The notes under the pieces: generated by a model
Database searches by the model: none
Told to the model about the DNA's origin: nothing
Seen by the model: the letters and a program-made list of their open reading frames with translations, nothing else
Shown: piece by piece, positions 20,671 to 29,045 of the stretch
Position numbering within the stretch: position 1 is the stretch's first letter
How the letters are laid out: the number at the start of each line of letters is the position of its first letter
Assembly: GCA_964511265.1 (NCBI GenBank)
Contig: CAZEES010000003.1
Coordinates: 836 to 64,835, forward strand
Direction of reading: 5' to 3'
DNA: 64,000 bases
Source: an uncultured Candidatus Nitrosopelagicus sp.
Lineage (GTDB): Archaea; Thermoproteota; Nitrososphaeria; Nitrososphaerales; Nitrosopumilaceae
Translations under genes and position numbers: made by a program

Positions 20671-21841
20671 TTACAATTTTTCCTCCAATCATTACAGCCT
20701 TAATTGATTTTTCAGAAGCACGATGAACTATGGATGCATGAACATTATTCATTGGATCCAGATCAATTGAATTTTTATCAATGAATATGCAATCTGCAAG
20801 ATAATTTTCTTTAATAGATCCAATCTTTTGATTGAGAATTTTTCCGGCATTAACAGTAGCCATTTTTAGTATTTGTTTTGGATCAAATCTGTTTTGAGAT
20901 ATGCCCATTGTTACTTTCCATAGATAATCCATCTCTCTAAAAATATCGGGGGAATTAATCATTACATTATCAGTTCCAATTGCAATGTTACAACCTAGTT
21001 TTTGCATAAGTACAATGTTAGGAATTCCTTCAGCCAATGAAGAATTTGCGCGTGGACACACAACTATACCTCTAGTGTTTTTTGCTGCTAATTTTAGATC
21101 ATTTTTTGTTGCAAAAGTCATATGAATTAGGAAAGTTGGTTTTAGTAACATCGCTCTTTGGATTTCGGATTTTGCAGTTAGTTTTTTTGAAACGTTTACA
21201 CTTTCCATGGTTTCAGCTGCATGGATCACACGCATTTTTTTTGTTTTTGAGAATGATTGAAGATTAGAATTACTGTTTTCGTTTGTTCCACTAATTCCAA
21301 TTCCATCACAATTTTTTAATAATTGGGTTAATTGTTCACAATTTGCCTCAGGTAGTGGCATGTTACTCTTAATTTCAGTCCTAGTGTTGTAATGCTCAAT
21401 TCTACCTAGAATGACACATCGAATAGGTACATCAATTAAGGATTTTTTCAGTAATAGTACGCCATCTAGGCCACCTTCTCTAAAATCAACAAAAGTTGTA
21501 ATTCCTTTTTTGATCATAGATTTTGCAGAATTTTTTATATATTTTGATAAAACTTTACTGGGAGTTTCTTTTAGAAGTTTTTGTTTGAGACCAATCATTG
21601 GATGAATTTTTGAATTTACATCAGCATCAATAGATAGATCTTTTCCAATTGAATCAGCTATATGTGTATGTGAGTTGATTAATCCAGGAATTAATAATAA
21701 ATTTGAACAATCAATAGATTTCTCTTTTGATGATATGTGTTTGGAGATTTTTTCAAACTTTCCATTTTTAATTTGTACATTAGTTGATTCGACAAATTTT
21801 AAGTGGTTTCCATATAGTATACTAATATTTTTTAGAATCAA
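20657..21841 (-). CDS. Metal-dependent amidohydrolase within riboflavin operon
   Basis: NSHTHIAD, IHAAET, IHMT, VVCPRAN, GTDN. Confidence 0.88.
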   Translation of the reverse strand: MILKNISILYGNHLKFVESTNVQIKNGKFEKISKHISSKEKSIDCSNLLLIPGLINSHTHIADSIGKDLSIDADVNSKIHPMIGLKQKLLKETPSKVLSKYIKNSAKSMIKKGITTFVDFREGGLDGVLLLKKSLIDVPIRCVILGRIEHYNTRTEIKSNMPLPEANCEQLTQLLKNCDGIGISGTNENSNSNLQSFSKTKKMRVIHAAETMESVNVSKKLTAKSEIQRAMLLKPTFLIHMTFATKNDLKLAAKNTRGIVVCPRANSSLAEGIPNIVLMQKLGCNIAIGTDNVMINSPDIFREMDYLWKVTMGISQNRFDPKQILKMATVNAGKILNQKIGSIKENYLADCIFIDKNSIDLDPMNNVHASIVHRASEKSIKAVMIGGKIVNGKI

Positions 21842-22587
21842 TTTAATTCATAAATATCAGGTTTTTCTTTTCCTGAATCTCTAATTTCTCTTATGGTGTC
21901 AAGAGATTTTGTTGCAAGCTTTACAGCATTTCTAGATGTTTGTGCAGTACCTATTCCACAGTTCAATACAACTTGAAATTCATCTTTACACATTTTGATA
22001 AATTCTTTTGCAAAATTTTTGAATTCAGAATTAGTTACTACCATAAAATTATCTCCACCCATAAAAAATGTGAGTGAGTTTTTTGAGAGAAAGTATTCTG
22101 ACATTCTCGAATATATTTTGAACATTAAAGAAGATGTGTCATAAGGAGACATTTTTTTCCGTTTGGATGTTAAATCATCTACATCTAGATGCATTATAGT
22201 AACAGAGTGTTCTGAGTGACCATTTAATGTTCCAAAAATAGAATATTGCTCATTGAGAAATTTTTGTGATTTTTTTGCTTCATATGCATCGAGATTTGCA
22301 TCGTATGGGTTTTCCCCAAAACCAATTGACATTGAAAGTTTTACATCAAAAGAAGTTTCTAGTTCTTTTTGTATTGTTATATGATCATCAAGTGTAAGAC
22401 CATTTGTAACTGAAAAGTATTCATCAGAACGATTAAGAAAAACAAGGCAGTTTTTCTTAGAAAATGATTCTTGTAATTTATGATATAATCTTGATTGTAA
22501 CATTTGTAATTCATGTTCACGATCACTTCCCAATGTAAGAGTCCAAGGACCATATCCAGTAATTTTCATTATTGTTAGTTGTATCAT
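21838..22587 (-). CDS. gch3: GTP cyclohydrolase III (IIa)
   Basis: GYGPWTLTLGSDREHELQMLQ, FMGGDNF. Confidence 0.93.
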   Translation of the reverse strand: MIQLTIMKITGYGPWTLTLGSDREHELQMLQSRLYHKLQESFSKKNCLVFLNRSDEYFSVTNGLTLDDHITIQKELETSFDVKLSMSIGFGENPYDANLDAYEAKKSQKFLNEQYSIFGTLNGHSEHSVTIMHLDVDDLTSKRKKMSPYDTSSLMFKIYSRMSEYFLSKNSLTFFMGGDNFMVVTNSEFKNFAKEFIKMCKDEFQVVLNCGIGTAQTSRNAVKLATKSLDTIREIRDSGKEKPDIYELN

Positions 22588-23000
22588 TTTTCTATTTCCT
22601 TAATCTCATTATCAAGTTTGAGTACTGCATTTACTGCATTTTCAGATACCGGTCTGATTCTTGCATATGCTTGTCTTACAGCCATACCTGGTCCAGATAT
22701 TCCAAGTGATACGGGTTTTTGATGTTTTATTGCTAATTTAGTAAGATTTCTTGCAGTTGAATTAGCTATTACTTCATCGTGTTTTGTTTGACCTTTGATG
22801 ACAGCACCTAAAGTTACTACAGCGTCAATATCATCTCTTTGCAATAACTTATCAATAATTAAAGGCATGTCGAAGATTCCTGGTACATGACTTGTATGAA
22901 TTACATCAAGATTTAGCTTTTCTGCAGTTTCTATTGCAACGTCATACATACGTGATGTGATTTTTTGATTAAAATCCGCGACAACTATTGCAATTTTCAA
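22584..23000 (-). CDS. ribH: 6,7-dimethyl-8-ribityllumazine synthase
   Basis: IVVADFN, VPGIFDMP, GAVIKGQTKHD. Confidence 0.95.
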   Translation of the reverse strand: MKIAIVVADFNQKITSRMYDVAIETAEKLNLDVIHTSHVPGIFDMPLIIDKLLQRDDIDAVVTLGAVIKGQTKHDEVIANSTARNLTKLAIKHQKPVSLGISGPGMAVRQAYARIRPVSENAVNAVLKLDNEIKEIEK

Positions 23001-23002
23001 AA

Positions 23003-23677
23003 TTAATTCACCTTAGAAAATTCAAGTAATTCTTTACCATTAATGAAAGGAATCGCGTTTTCTTTTGCATATTTTTCTGCTTTATCAACTGATAATGCAG
23101 AATATGTTTCAGCGTCCATCATTTCACAGATAGCAGTAATTGGTGAGAGGTTTGCCAATTGAGTCAAGTATACTGACATTTCAGTGTGACCAGTTCTAGA
23201 AGAGAGAAGACCATTTGACGCTATCAGCAGAGGAATATGACCAGGAGTTTTGAAGGTTGAGTTGAAAATGTGTTTTGGATTTTCTTTTTTATATAAAGTG
23301 GACATCTCTTTGATAGTTAATGCTCTATCTCGATCAGTGATTCCAGTGTAAGTTTGTTTATGGTTTATACTAATTGAAAATGTTGGATGATCTCCATATG
23401 GAGCAGTTCCCATAACCATTTTTTTGGATTCTTCATCTAGATGATTTGATTGAGACAACATGTTGTGCATGTATTTTAGTTGTAATTGTTCTGCAAGAGA
23501 GTTATCAATTGCAAGACAAATTAATCCACCTGCGTGTTTTCTCATTCTTACAATATGTTCAGGGGTGATAAATTCTGCTGCAACAACCATATCGATTTCA
23601 TTTTCACGGCCATCAGAATCGTGAATCATTACAAATTCGCCACGTTTTAATGATGAAATTGCAGAATCAAATGTCAT
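23003..23677 (-). CDS. ribB: 3,4-dihydroxy-2-butanone 4-phosphate synthase
   Basis: DSDGRENEID, GLICLA, TGITDRDR, PGHI, RTGHTE. Confidence 0.95.
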   Translation of the reverse strand: MTFDSAISSLKRGEFVMIHDSDGRENEIDMVVAAEFITPEHIVRMRKHAGGLICLAIDNSLAEQLQLKYMHNMLSQSNHLDEESKKMVMGTAPYGDHPTFSISINHKQTYTGITDRDRALTIKEMSTLYKKENPKHIFNSTFKTPGHIPLLIASNGLLSSRTGHTEMSVYLTQLANLSPITAICEMMDAETYSALSVDKAEKYAKENAIPFINGKELLEFSKVN

Positions 23678-23751
23678 AATAAAAATAATTTTTTAGTTAT
23701 TATAAAGTTTACTAGATTTTTAGTTATTACCAATTTATTGGTAATTATTAG

Positions 23752-24336
23752 TCATTTTAAAATGTATTTTCCTAGCACATCAGTCTCAATGTTCAACTTA
23801 TCATCAATGTTTTTTGTTTTAAAATTAGTAATTTGTATTGTATGAGGTATGAGACAAACAGAACCTAGATCATTTTTTACATCAACAACTGTCAAGCTTA
23901 TTCCATCTAAAGCAATAGAACCTTTTTTGACTACATATTTTTTGAGACTTTTTGGAATTTTAAACCAAACTTTTACTTCTTTTGGTTTTTTTTCTATTTT
24001 TTTAATTTGTGCAACACCATCAACATGACCCAATACAAAATGCCCCTCTAATCTTTCTCCAACTTTAAGACTACGTTCAACATTAACAATACTTCCAACT
24101 TTAAGATTTCCTAAATCTGTTTTTTTCATTGTTTCATCAATCATTTCAAACGTACAGATATTTTTCACAATTTTAGTTGCACTAAGACATACACCGTTCA
24201 GTGCAACACTCTGACCGATTTTTAGTCCTTTAGAATCTTTACCTAGATCAACAGATACTTTGATTGCACTACGATTTTTTGTGTTTTGTTCTATTTTTTT
24301 GATTTTTCCAGTGCTAGTAATTATTCCAGTAAACAT
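23752..24336 (-). CDS. ribE: Riboflavin synthase, bacterial alpha-chain type
   Basis: MFTGII N-terminus, SVALNGVCLS, GHFVLGHVD, KGSIALDGISLTV. Confidence 0.95.
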   Translation of the reverse strand: MFTGIITSTGKIKKIEQNTKNRSAIKVSVDLGKDSKGLKIGQSVALNGVCLSATKIVKNICTFEMIDETMKKTDLGNLKVGSIVNVERSLKVGERLEGHFVLGHVDGVAQIKKIEKKPKEVKVWFKIPKSLKKYVVKKGSIALDGISLTVVDVKNDLGSVCLIPHTIQITNFKTKNIDDKLNIETDVLGKYILK

Positions 24337-24369
24337 GTTAGTGTAAGATATTTTGTGTATAAATAATGT

Positions 24370-25224
24370 TTAGATAATTTCGAGTAGGGCTTTGGCTCGT
24401 TTATAATGAACTTCATCAATCATTTTTCCATCAACTACAATTGCTCCTTTTCCTTTCTTTGTTGATTTTTCATATTCTTGTACTACTAATTTTGACCAAG
24501 TTATTTCAGAGGAATTTGGATGAAATATTTTGTGCGTTATTTTGAGTTGATCAGGATGGATTATACTTTTTCCTGTATAGCCTAATTCTTTACCTAATTT
24601 ACAATCTTGTTGTAAGCCTTTTTCATCTTTGATTTCTTGCCATATTCCATCAATAGCAGCAACTCCTGCAGCGGCAGCTGCAACTGGTACTTTATATCTA
24701 GAATATTTTGCACCAATTGGATTTCCTTTTGTGTATTCAATTTGCATATCATTCAATAAATCAAATATTCCAAATACTATAGCATCAACTCTCTTACTTG
24801 CTGATGCAATTTCATAGCAATTAATCACACCTAGAGCGGATTCTATGGAAGGAATTAGACGTATTTTTTTGAGTTTTCTTTTCTTTTCTAAATTTGAGAT
24901 AATTTTTTCAATTTTTTTCAATTCTTTTGCAGAATCCACTTTTGGGATGACAATTCCATCTAATCCTTTTTGAACTACTTTTTCTAAATCGCTAGGAATT
25001 TTGCCTGATTGAGGTGAGTTAGTTCTTACAAATACAGATGCAGAAAAATCTTTGCGTTCTTTTAATTTTTTTGAAATTAATGTTCTAGCATTTTGTTTTT
25101 CGTTATCAGGAACTGAATCTTCTAAATCAAAACAAACTATGTCACCAGAAAGTGATTTTGCTTTTTCTAGAAATCTTGGATTATTTCCAGGTACAAAAAC
25201 TAGACTACGAAAAAGATTTGTCAT
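24370..25224 (-). CDS. CitE/HpcH-family CoA-ester lyase
   Basis: RSLVFVPGNN, DLEDSV, IPKVDS, GYTGKSIIHPDQ. Confidence 0.9.
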   Translation of the reverse strand: MTNLFRSLVFVPGNNPRFLEKAKSLSGDIVCFDLEDSVPDNEKQNARTLISKKLKERKDFSASVFVRTNSPQSGKIPSDLEKVVQKGLDGIVIPKVDSAKELKKIEKIISNLEKKRKLKKIRLIPSIESALGVINCYEIASASKRVDAIVFGIFDLLNDMQIEYTKGNPIGAKYSRYKVPVAAAAAGVAAIDGIWQEIKDEKGLQQDCKLGKELGYTGKSIIHPDQLKITHKIFHPNSSEITWSKLVVQEYEKSTKKGKGAIVVDGKMIDEVHYKRAKALLEII

Positions 25225-25231
25225 TAAATGA

Positions 25232-26308
25232 CTATGCGCCTTCAGGCTTCATTAAGATTTTGCCAAAGAACTTGCCAGATAGCATCTTGGTGTGAGCCTC
25301 TGCTGCTTGTTCGAATGTATGGATTGAGTCAACTGCTGCTTTAATTTTTCCTTGTCCCATCCAGTATAGACCTTCATCAAGTTCAGCTTTTGTTCCTTGT
25401 GTTGAACCTAGGACGTTAATTCCTTTGAAGAATATGTGTCTAAGATCTATTTGTGCGTCATAACCTGTTGTTGCACCACATGAAACTAGAGTTGCTCCAT
25501 ATTTGAGTAAGGTTAGTTGCTTATTGAAATGGGTTTGACCAATGTGGTCAAATGCAACATCAATTCCAGGTGCTTGATTCTTTGTTTTAGCGATTTCTTT
25601 TGAGATTTTGAAGACTTCTTTATTCCAATCGTCTTTTCGGTGATCTACTGCATGATCTGCACCAAGTTCAAGACATTTATCTAATTTATCAGGACTAGCA
25701 GTTGCAATTACATCACAGTTGTATAATTTGGCAATTTGAATTGCAAAACTTCCTACACCAGAACCACCACCCATTACAAGTACGGTTTGACCTGGAGTGA
25801 TTTTTGCTCTGCCAACTAACATGTGCCATGAGGTTAGAATTGTCATAGATGCTGCTGCTGCGTCTTCATAAGAAACTGAATCAGGAATATGTGAAACATT
25901 AACTTCTGGTAAATGAATTTCTTCGCTGTATGCACCCCATAGTGGACCAGTTTGGAATCCCCAGACTTGTCTTTTCACACAATCAAATTCTCTACCACTT
26001 GTACAAGCACTACAAACTCTACATGCTAAATTAGAATGTGAAACAACTCTATCGCCAACTTTGAAACCTTTTACATCCTCACCAACTGCAATCACATCTC
26101 CTGCAACATCTGAACCAGATACGTGTGGTAGTGGAACTGGAACTGGGTTTCCTCTCATTCCCCAGATATCATTATAGTTTAGAGCAGATGCTTTGTTTGT
26201 GAAAATTACCTCATCTGGTTTTGGTTTTGGTGAATCAATATCTTCAACCTTGAGGATTTTAGCATAATCGTCATCAGGTGCATATTCACGGTATACAACT
26301 GCTTTCAT
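25232..26308 (-). CDS. MDR-superfamily NAD(P)H oxidoreductase, paralog 2
   Basis: Closely similar to 11191-12264; CRVCSAC...C, GGGSGVG. Confidence 0.9.
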   Translation of the reverse strand: MKAVVYREYAPDDDYAKILKVEDIDSPKPKPDEVIFTNKASALNYNDIWGMRGNPVPVPLPHVSGSDVAGDVIAVGEDVKGFKVGDRVVSHSNLACRVCSACTSGREFDCVKRQVWGFQTGPLWGAYSEEIHLPEVNVSHIPDSVSYEDAAAASMTILTSWHMLVGRAKITPGQTVLVMGGGSGVGSFAIQIAKLYNCDVIATASPDKLDKCLELGADHAVDHRKDDWNKEVFKISKEIAKTKNQAPGIDVAFDHIGQTHFNKQLTLLKYGATLVSCGATTGYDAQIDLRHIFFKGINVLGSTQGTKAELDEGLYWMGQGKIKAAVDSIHTFEQAAEAHTKMLSGKFFGKILMKPEGA

Positions 26309-26348
26309 AATTTCGAGCCAATTTACCCCTAATTATATTTTTTTGAGA

Positions 26349-26636
26349 TCAGATTCTATTAATTTTGAAATCTCTTTTTGGCTGTTGAGCTGATAATAGA
26401 ATTTTCTTTAACTGATCGTCCGTGATTTGACCAGGAGATCTGCCCTGAGATGCAAGACCTAGTAGATAATTTTCAACCATATTTGCCAATTCGGGTTTTA
26501 CCAGTTTGACATTGTTTAGTCTCAATCTAGCTTCAGAACTAAGAATTTGTTTTAATAGCATGTCTTTTTGTGCGTTGATCTGATCTTCATTAGGTTGATC
26601 ATTTGCGTCAGGTGCAGGTTCACTCATTTCAAACAC
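26349..26636 (-). CDS. PDCD5-like DNA-binding protein
   Basis: QILSSEARLRLNNVKLVKPELA, ITDDQLKKIL, DFKINRI. Confidence 0.9.
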   Translation of the reverse strand: MFEMSEPAPDANDQPNEDQINAQKDMLLKQILSSEARLRLNNVKLVKPELANMVENYLLGLASQGRSPGQITDDQLKKILLSAQQPKRDFKINRI

Positions 26637-27091
26637 TAAGAATAAATTTTTAGTTTTGGTGTTGCTTGGATTAATTCGCCTAGAATTTCAGTTGCAAGTT
26701 TATCTAATTTTTGCATTCCTTGACGACTTAGAATTCTGCCTTTTTTCTCTACTTGTTCAACATAACCCAATTTTTCTAATCCATGAATTGCATTTCTAAT
26801 TATGGCACCGCTTGCATCTCTATGATGACGTGCACCGTAGTACATTTTGCGTTTGCCATCACCATAAATGGTTCTAAGATCATTTATGGTAAGAGGACCA
26901 TGAAGGTAGATTTTTCTCATTATTGATGCACATCTAGTATACCACCAATCAGGTTGTTGTGGAGGTTTGTCAGCATGTGCTCCAGTTTTGACAAAGGATG
27001 ACCAAACAGGTGCAGGAATTTCTTCATTTTTCAAAATCTCAGTAAGTCTTGAGATGAATTCCTGTGCAGGTACATCATAAACTTTAGCCAT
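26636..27091 (-). CDS. rps19e: 30S ribosomal protein S19e
   Basis: VYDVP, FVKTGAH, WWYTRCASIMRKIY. Confidence 0.97.
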   Translation of the reverse strand: MAKVYDVPAQEFISRLTEILKNEEIPAPVWSSFVKTGAHADKPPQQPDWWYTRCASIMRKIYLHGPLTINDLRTIYGDGKRKMYYGARHHRDASGAIIRNAIHGLEKLGYVEQVEKKGRILSRQGMQKLDKLATEILGELIQATPKLKIYS

Positions 27092-27179
27092 TGGAAAAAA
27101 TTTCGATAATCGTCTTATAAATCATTGAGATATTTGGTCAAGTTTGTCAAACATAACTTTCATTCCCATACGTGAGATC

Positions 27180-27332
27180 TTAGCCCAGATCCGATGAATC
27201 ATCACACTGGCACTCCTTATTTGATTTGCCACATTCCACACAGATCAACAATTTTCCTCGTGGTTCTCGTAAGAATTTCTTGGTTTGAAAATTTTGTGTA
27301 GATGTCATGTCATCCATACATGAAAACGACAT
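27180..27332 (-). CDS. Small Cys-rich protein
   Basis: LICVECGKSNKECQC motif; start among ATGs 27308-27368 uncertain. Confidence 0.55.
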   Translation of the reverse strand: MSFSCMDDMTSTQNFQTKKFLREPRGKLLICVECGKSNKECQCDDSSDLG

Positions 27333-27427
27333 ATAACGAGCAGGTATGCATTGTATTGCTGATTTCACAGTTGAAAATCATCTCAAGTATTTTTTAGTTA
27401 TTTTTTCCTGCAATACATATCGATTGA

Positions 27428-27503
27428 CAATTCGCGACTGCATTTCGGGAAATGTTCAATTGCCTGAAGTGGGGGGTCATTGTCAACCTTCAAGACCCCT
27501 CAC
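27428..27503. other. GC-rich two-hairpin intergenic element (candidate structured RNA)
   Basis: CAATT/AATTG enclosing CATTT-cggg-AAATG, then 10-bp stem GTGGGGGGTC/GACCCCTCAC. Confidence 0.4.
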
Positions 27504-27507
27504 AAAT

Positions 27508-27663
27508 TCATCCCGATTTTAGAGATGGTTTTTTCTGCTGCCCAATATCTCTTAGTTGGTCTGGTGACAAATCGCCATGTTTTTGTTTAATGTGACTCAT
27601 AAATGATACAATATCTGTAAAATTTTCTAAACATACAGGACACTTTTTTGAAAAATTAGCCAT
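27508..27663 (-). CDS. C2H2 zinc-finger microprotein (51 aa, not in ORF track)
   Basis: MANFSKKCPVCLENFTDIVSFMSHIKQKHGDLSPDQLRDIGQQKKPSLKSG; CxxC-x12-HxxxxH. Confidence 0.8.
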   Translation of the reverse strand: MANFSKKCPVCLENFTDIVSFMSHIKQKHGDLSPDQLRDIGQQKKPSLKSG

Positions 27664-27785
27664 AAATGGAATTTTTAAACATATGATAAAACATGCATCT
27701 AGATTCTCATCTGTAAAAATAATGTAATTCTCATAAATCGGAATCTACATTTGATATTAAATTACAAAACCTGACATTTTGATTA

Positions 27786-28295
27786 ATGAAACTTTTAGTT
27801 AAATTCTCATTAATTGCAGTATCACTCACAGCAATTGTTTCTGGTTTGATGCAAGTTGATGCAGATAGTAATTCTGTTCCTGACTGGATAAAAAATACTG
27901 CAAAATGGTATGGAGAAGGCAATACCTCTGAATCTGACTTTCTGCATGCAATAAAATTTTTGATTCAACAAAAAATCATCATAATTGATGACAATGAATT
28001 GTCAACTGAACCCTACATTGTCATCCCAAATGGAAATGCACAAAAAGGAAGTCATGGATTTTACGAGCCGATTCATCTTGATATAACGACTGGAACTACT
28101 GTTACTTGGAAAAATCAAGATGATTATGGACACACAGTCCAAAGTCAAGATGACACTGGACGTGTAATTCCACTTTTCAACAGTGATATTTTGCTTACAG
28201 GACAAACATTTGAACATACATTCCTAGAGTCTGGAGACTTTCAATACTTTTGCACGTTGCATCCTTGGCGAGTAGGCACAATCTCTGTTTTTTGA
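27786..28295 (+). CDS. Secreted cupredoxin (blue-copper-like) with N-terminal W..N.AKW module
   Basis: Signal peptide, PDWIKNTAKWY, GHTV, YFCTLHPW. Confidence 0.88.
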   Translation: MKLLVKFSLIAVSLTAIVSGLMQVDADSNSVPDWIKNTAKWYGEGNTSESDFLHAIKFLIQQKIIIIDDNELSTEPYIVIPNGNAQKGSHGFYEPIHLDITTGTTVTWKNQDDYGHTVQSQDDTGRVIPLFNSDILLTGQTFEHTFLESGDFQYFCTLHPWRVGTISVF

Positions 28296-28353
28296 TTCTC
28301 ATAAATGAAAATCGTCATTTTTGTTTTTAACCAATATAAAAAAATCAATCTAG

Positions 28354-28506
28354 ATGAAAAAATGTAAGGGATGTGGAAAAATTCTAAAAGATGTGACTGC
28401 AACACATTGCTCTGATGAATGTCTCTTCAAGGGAATCGAAAAAAGCAAGTCTCTTGAGCAAGGAACAGCACTTGATACACAAATTTCAAAATCATCTGAT
28501 GACTAA
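28354..28506 (+). CDS. Small Zn-ribbon protein (50 aa, not in ORF track)
   Basis: MKKCKGCGKILKDVTATHCSDECLFKGIEKSKSLEQGTALDTQISKSSDD; CxxC...CSxxC. Confidence 0.7.
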   Translation: MKKCKGCGKILKDVTATHCSDECLFKGIEKSKSLEQGTALDTQISKSSDD

Positions 28507-28511
28507 ATTAA

Positions 28512-28601
28512 TCATTCTGAGAGATCATATGCAACTATGACGGTTTTCTTTTTTCTTTTAGATCCCCATTCATCTTCTGTATGTCCTAAATGACTTGACA
28601 T
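28512..28601 (-). CDS. Putative 29-aa peptide
   Basis: MSSHLGHTEDEWGSKRKKKTVIVAYDLSE; fills the gap convergent with 28354-28506. Confidence 0.4.
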   Translation of the reverse strand: MSSHLGHTEDEWGSKRKKKTVIVAYDLSE

Positions 28602-28630
28602 ATCAATTGTGTTTTCTTGCTCCTTTTAAT

Positions 28631-28666
28631 TATGCAGTCAGCATTGCATTGCAGTGCATACATGCT
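28631..28666. promoter_or_regulatory. Pentamer-phased GCA repeats upstream of wHTH gene promoter
   Basis: gcagt-cagcatt-gcatt-gcagt-gcata-catgc just upstream of TTATAT (about 28669-28674). Confidence 0.35.
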
Positions 28667-28696
28667 TGTTATATCTGCCTAAACTGAAATCCATTT

Positions 28697-29041
28697 GTGC
28701 AATCACTTGAAAGAGGGAGATTTATAGAAAACGATGATCAGAAGAACGGGCTCTTAAATGTCCTAGCAGATGACTATTGCAGGCAGATAATTAATCAAAT
28801 TATGGAAGAAAAAAAATCTGCAATTCAAATTAGTCGGCAAACTGGAATCCCTCCAAGTACCGTTTACCGAAAAATTACGATAATGTCTAACCTGAAATTA
28901 TTGAAAACTTCGGGGATTATTAGCCAAGAAGGAAAGAAAATTTTCCTATATCAATCAAAAATTAAGTCTGTTAACGCAAAATTTGAGTGTGGCTTTGTAA
29001 ACATGGAGATAATCCCAAATTCATTTACATCCAATCTTTAA
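28697..29041 (+). CDS. Winged-helix (ArsR-like) transcriptional regulator
   Basis: LADDYCRQII...SRQTGIPPSTVYRKI...GKKIFLYQSKI. Confidence 0.85.
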   Translation: MQSLERGRFIENDDQKNGLLNVLADDYCRQIINQIMEEKKSAIQISRQTGIPPSTVYRKITIMSNLKLLKTSGIISQEGKKIFLYQSKIKSVNAKFECGFVNMEIIPNSFTSNL

Positions 29042-29045
29042 TATT

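Noticed and set aside
27385-27490. Short minus-strand ORFs across the hairpin element (28-31 aa)
   Set aside because: No motif and two competing frames; RNA structure explains the GC richness better.
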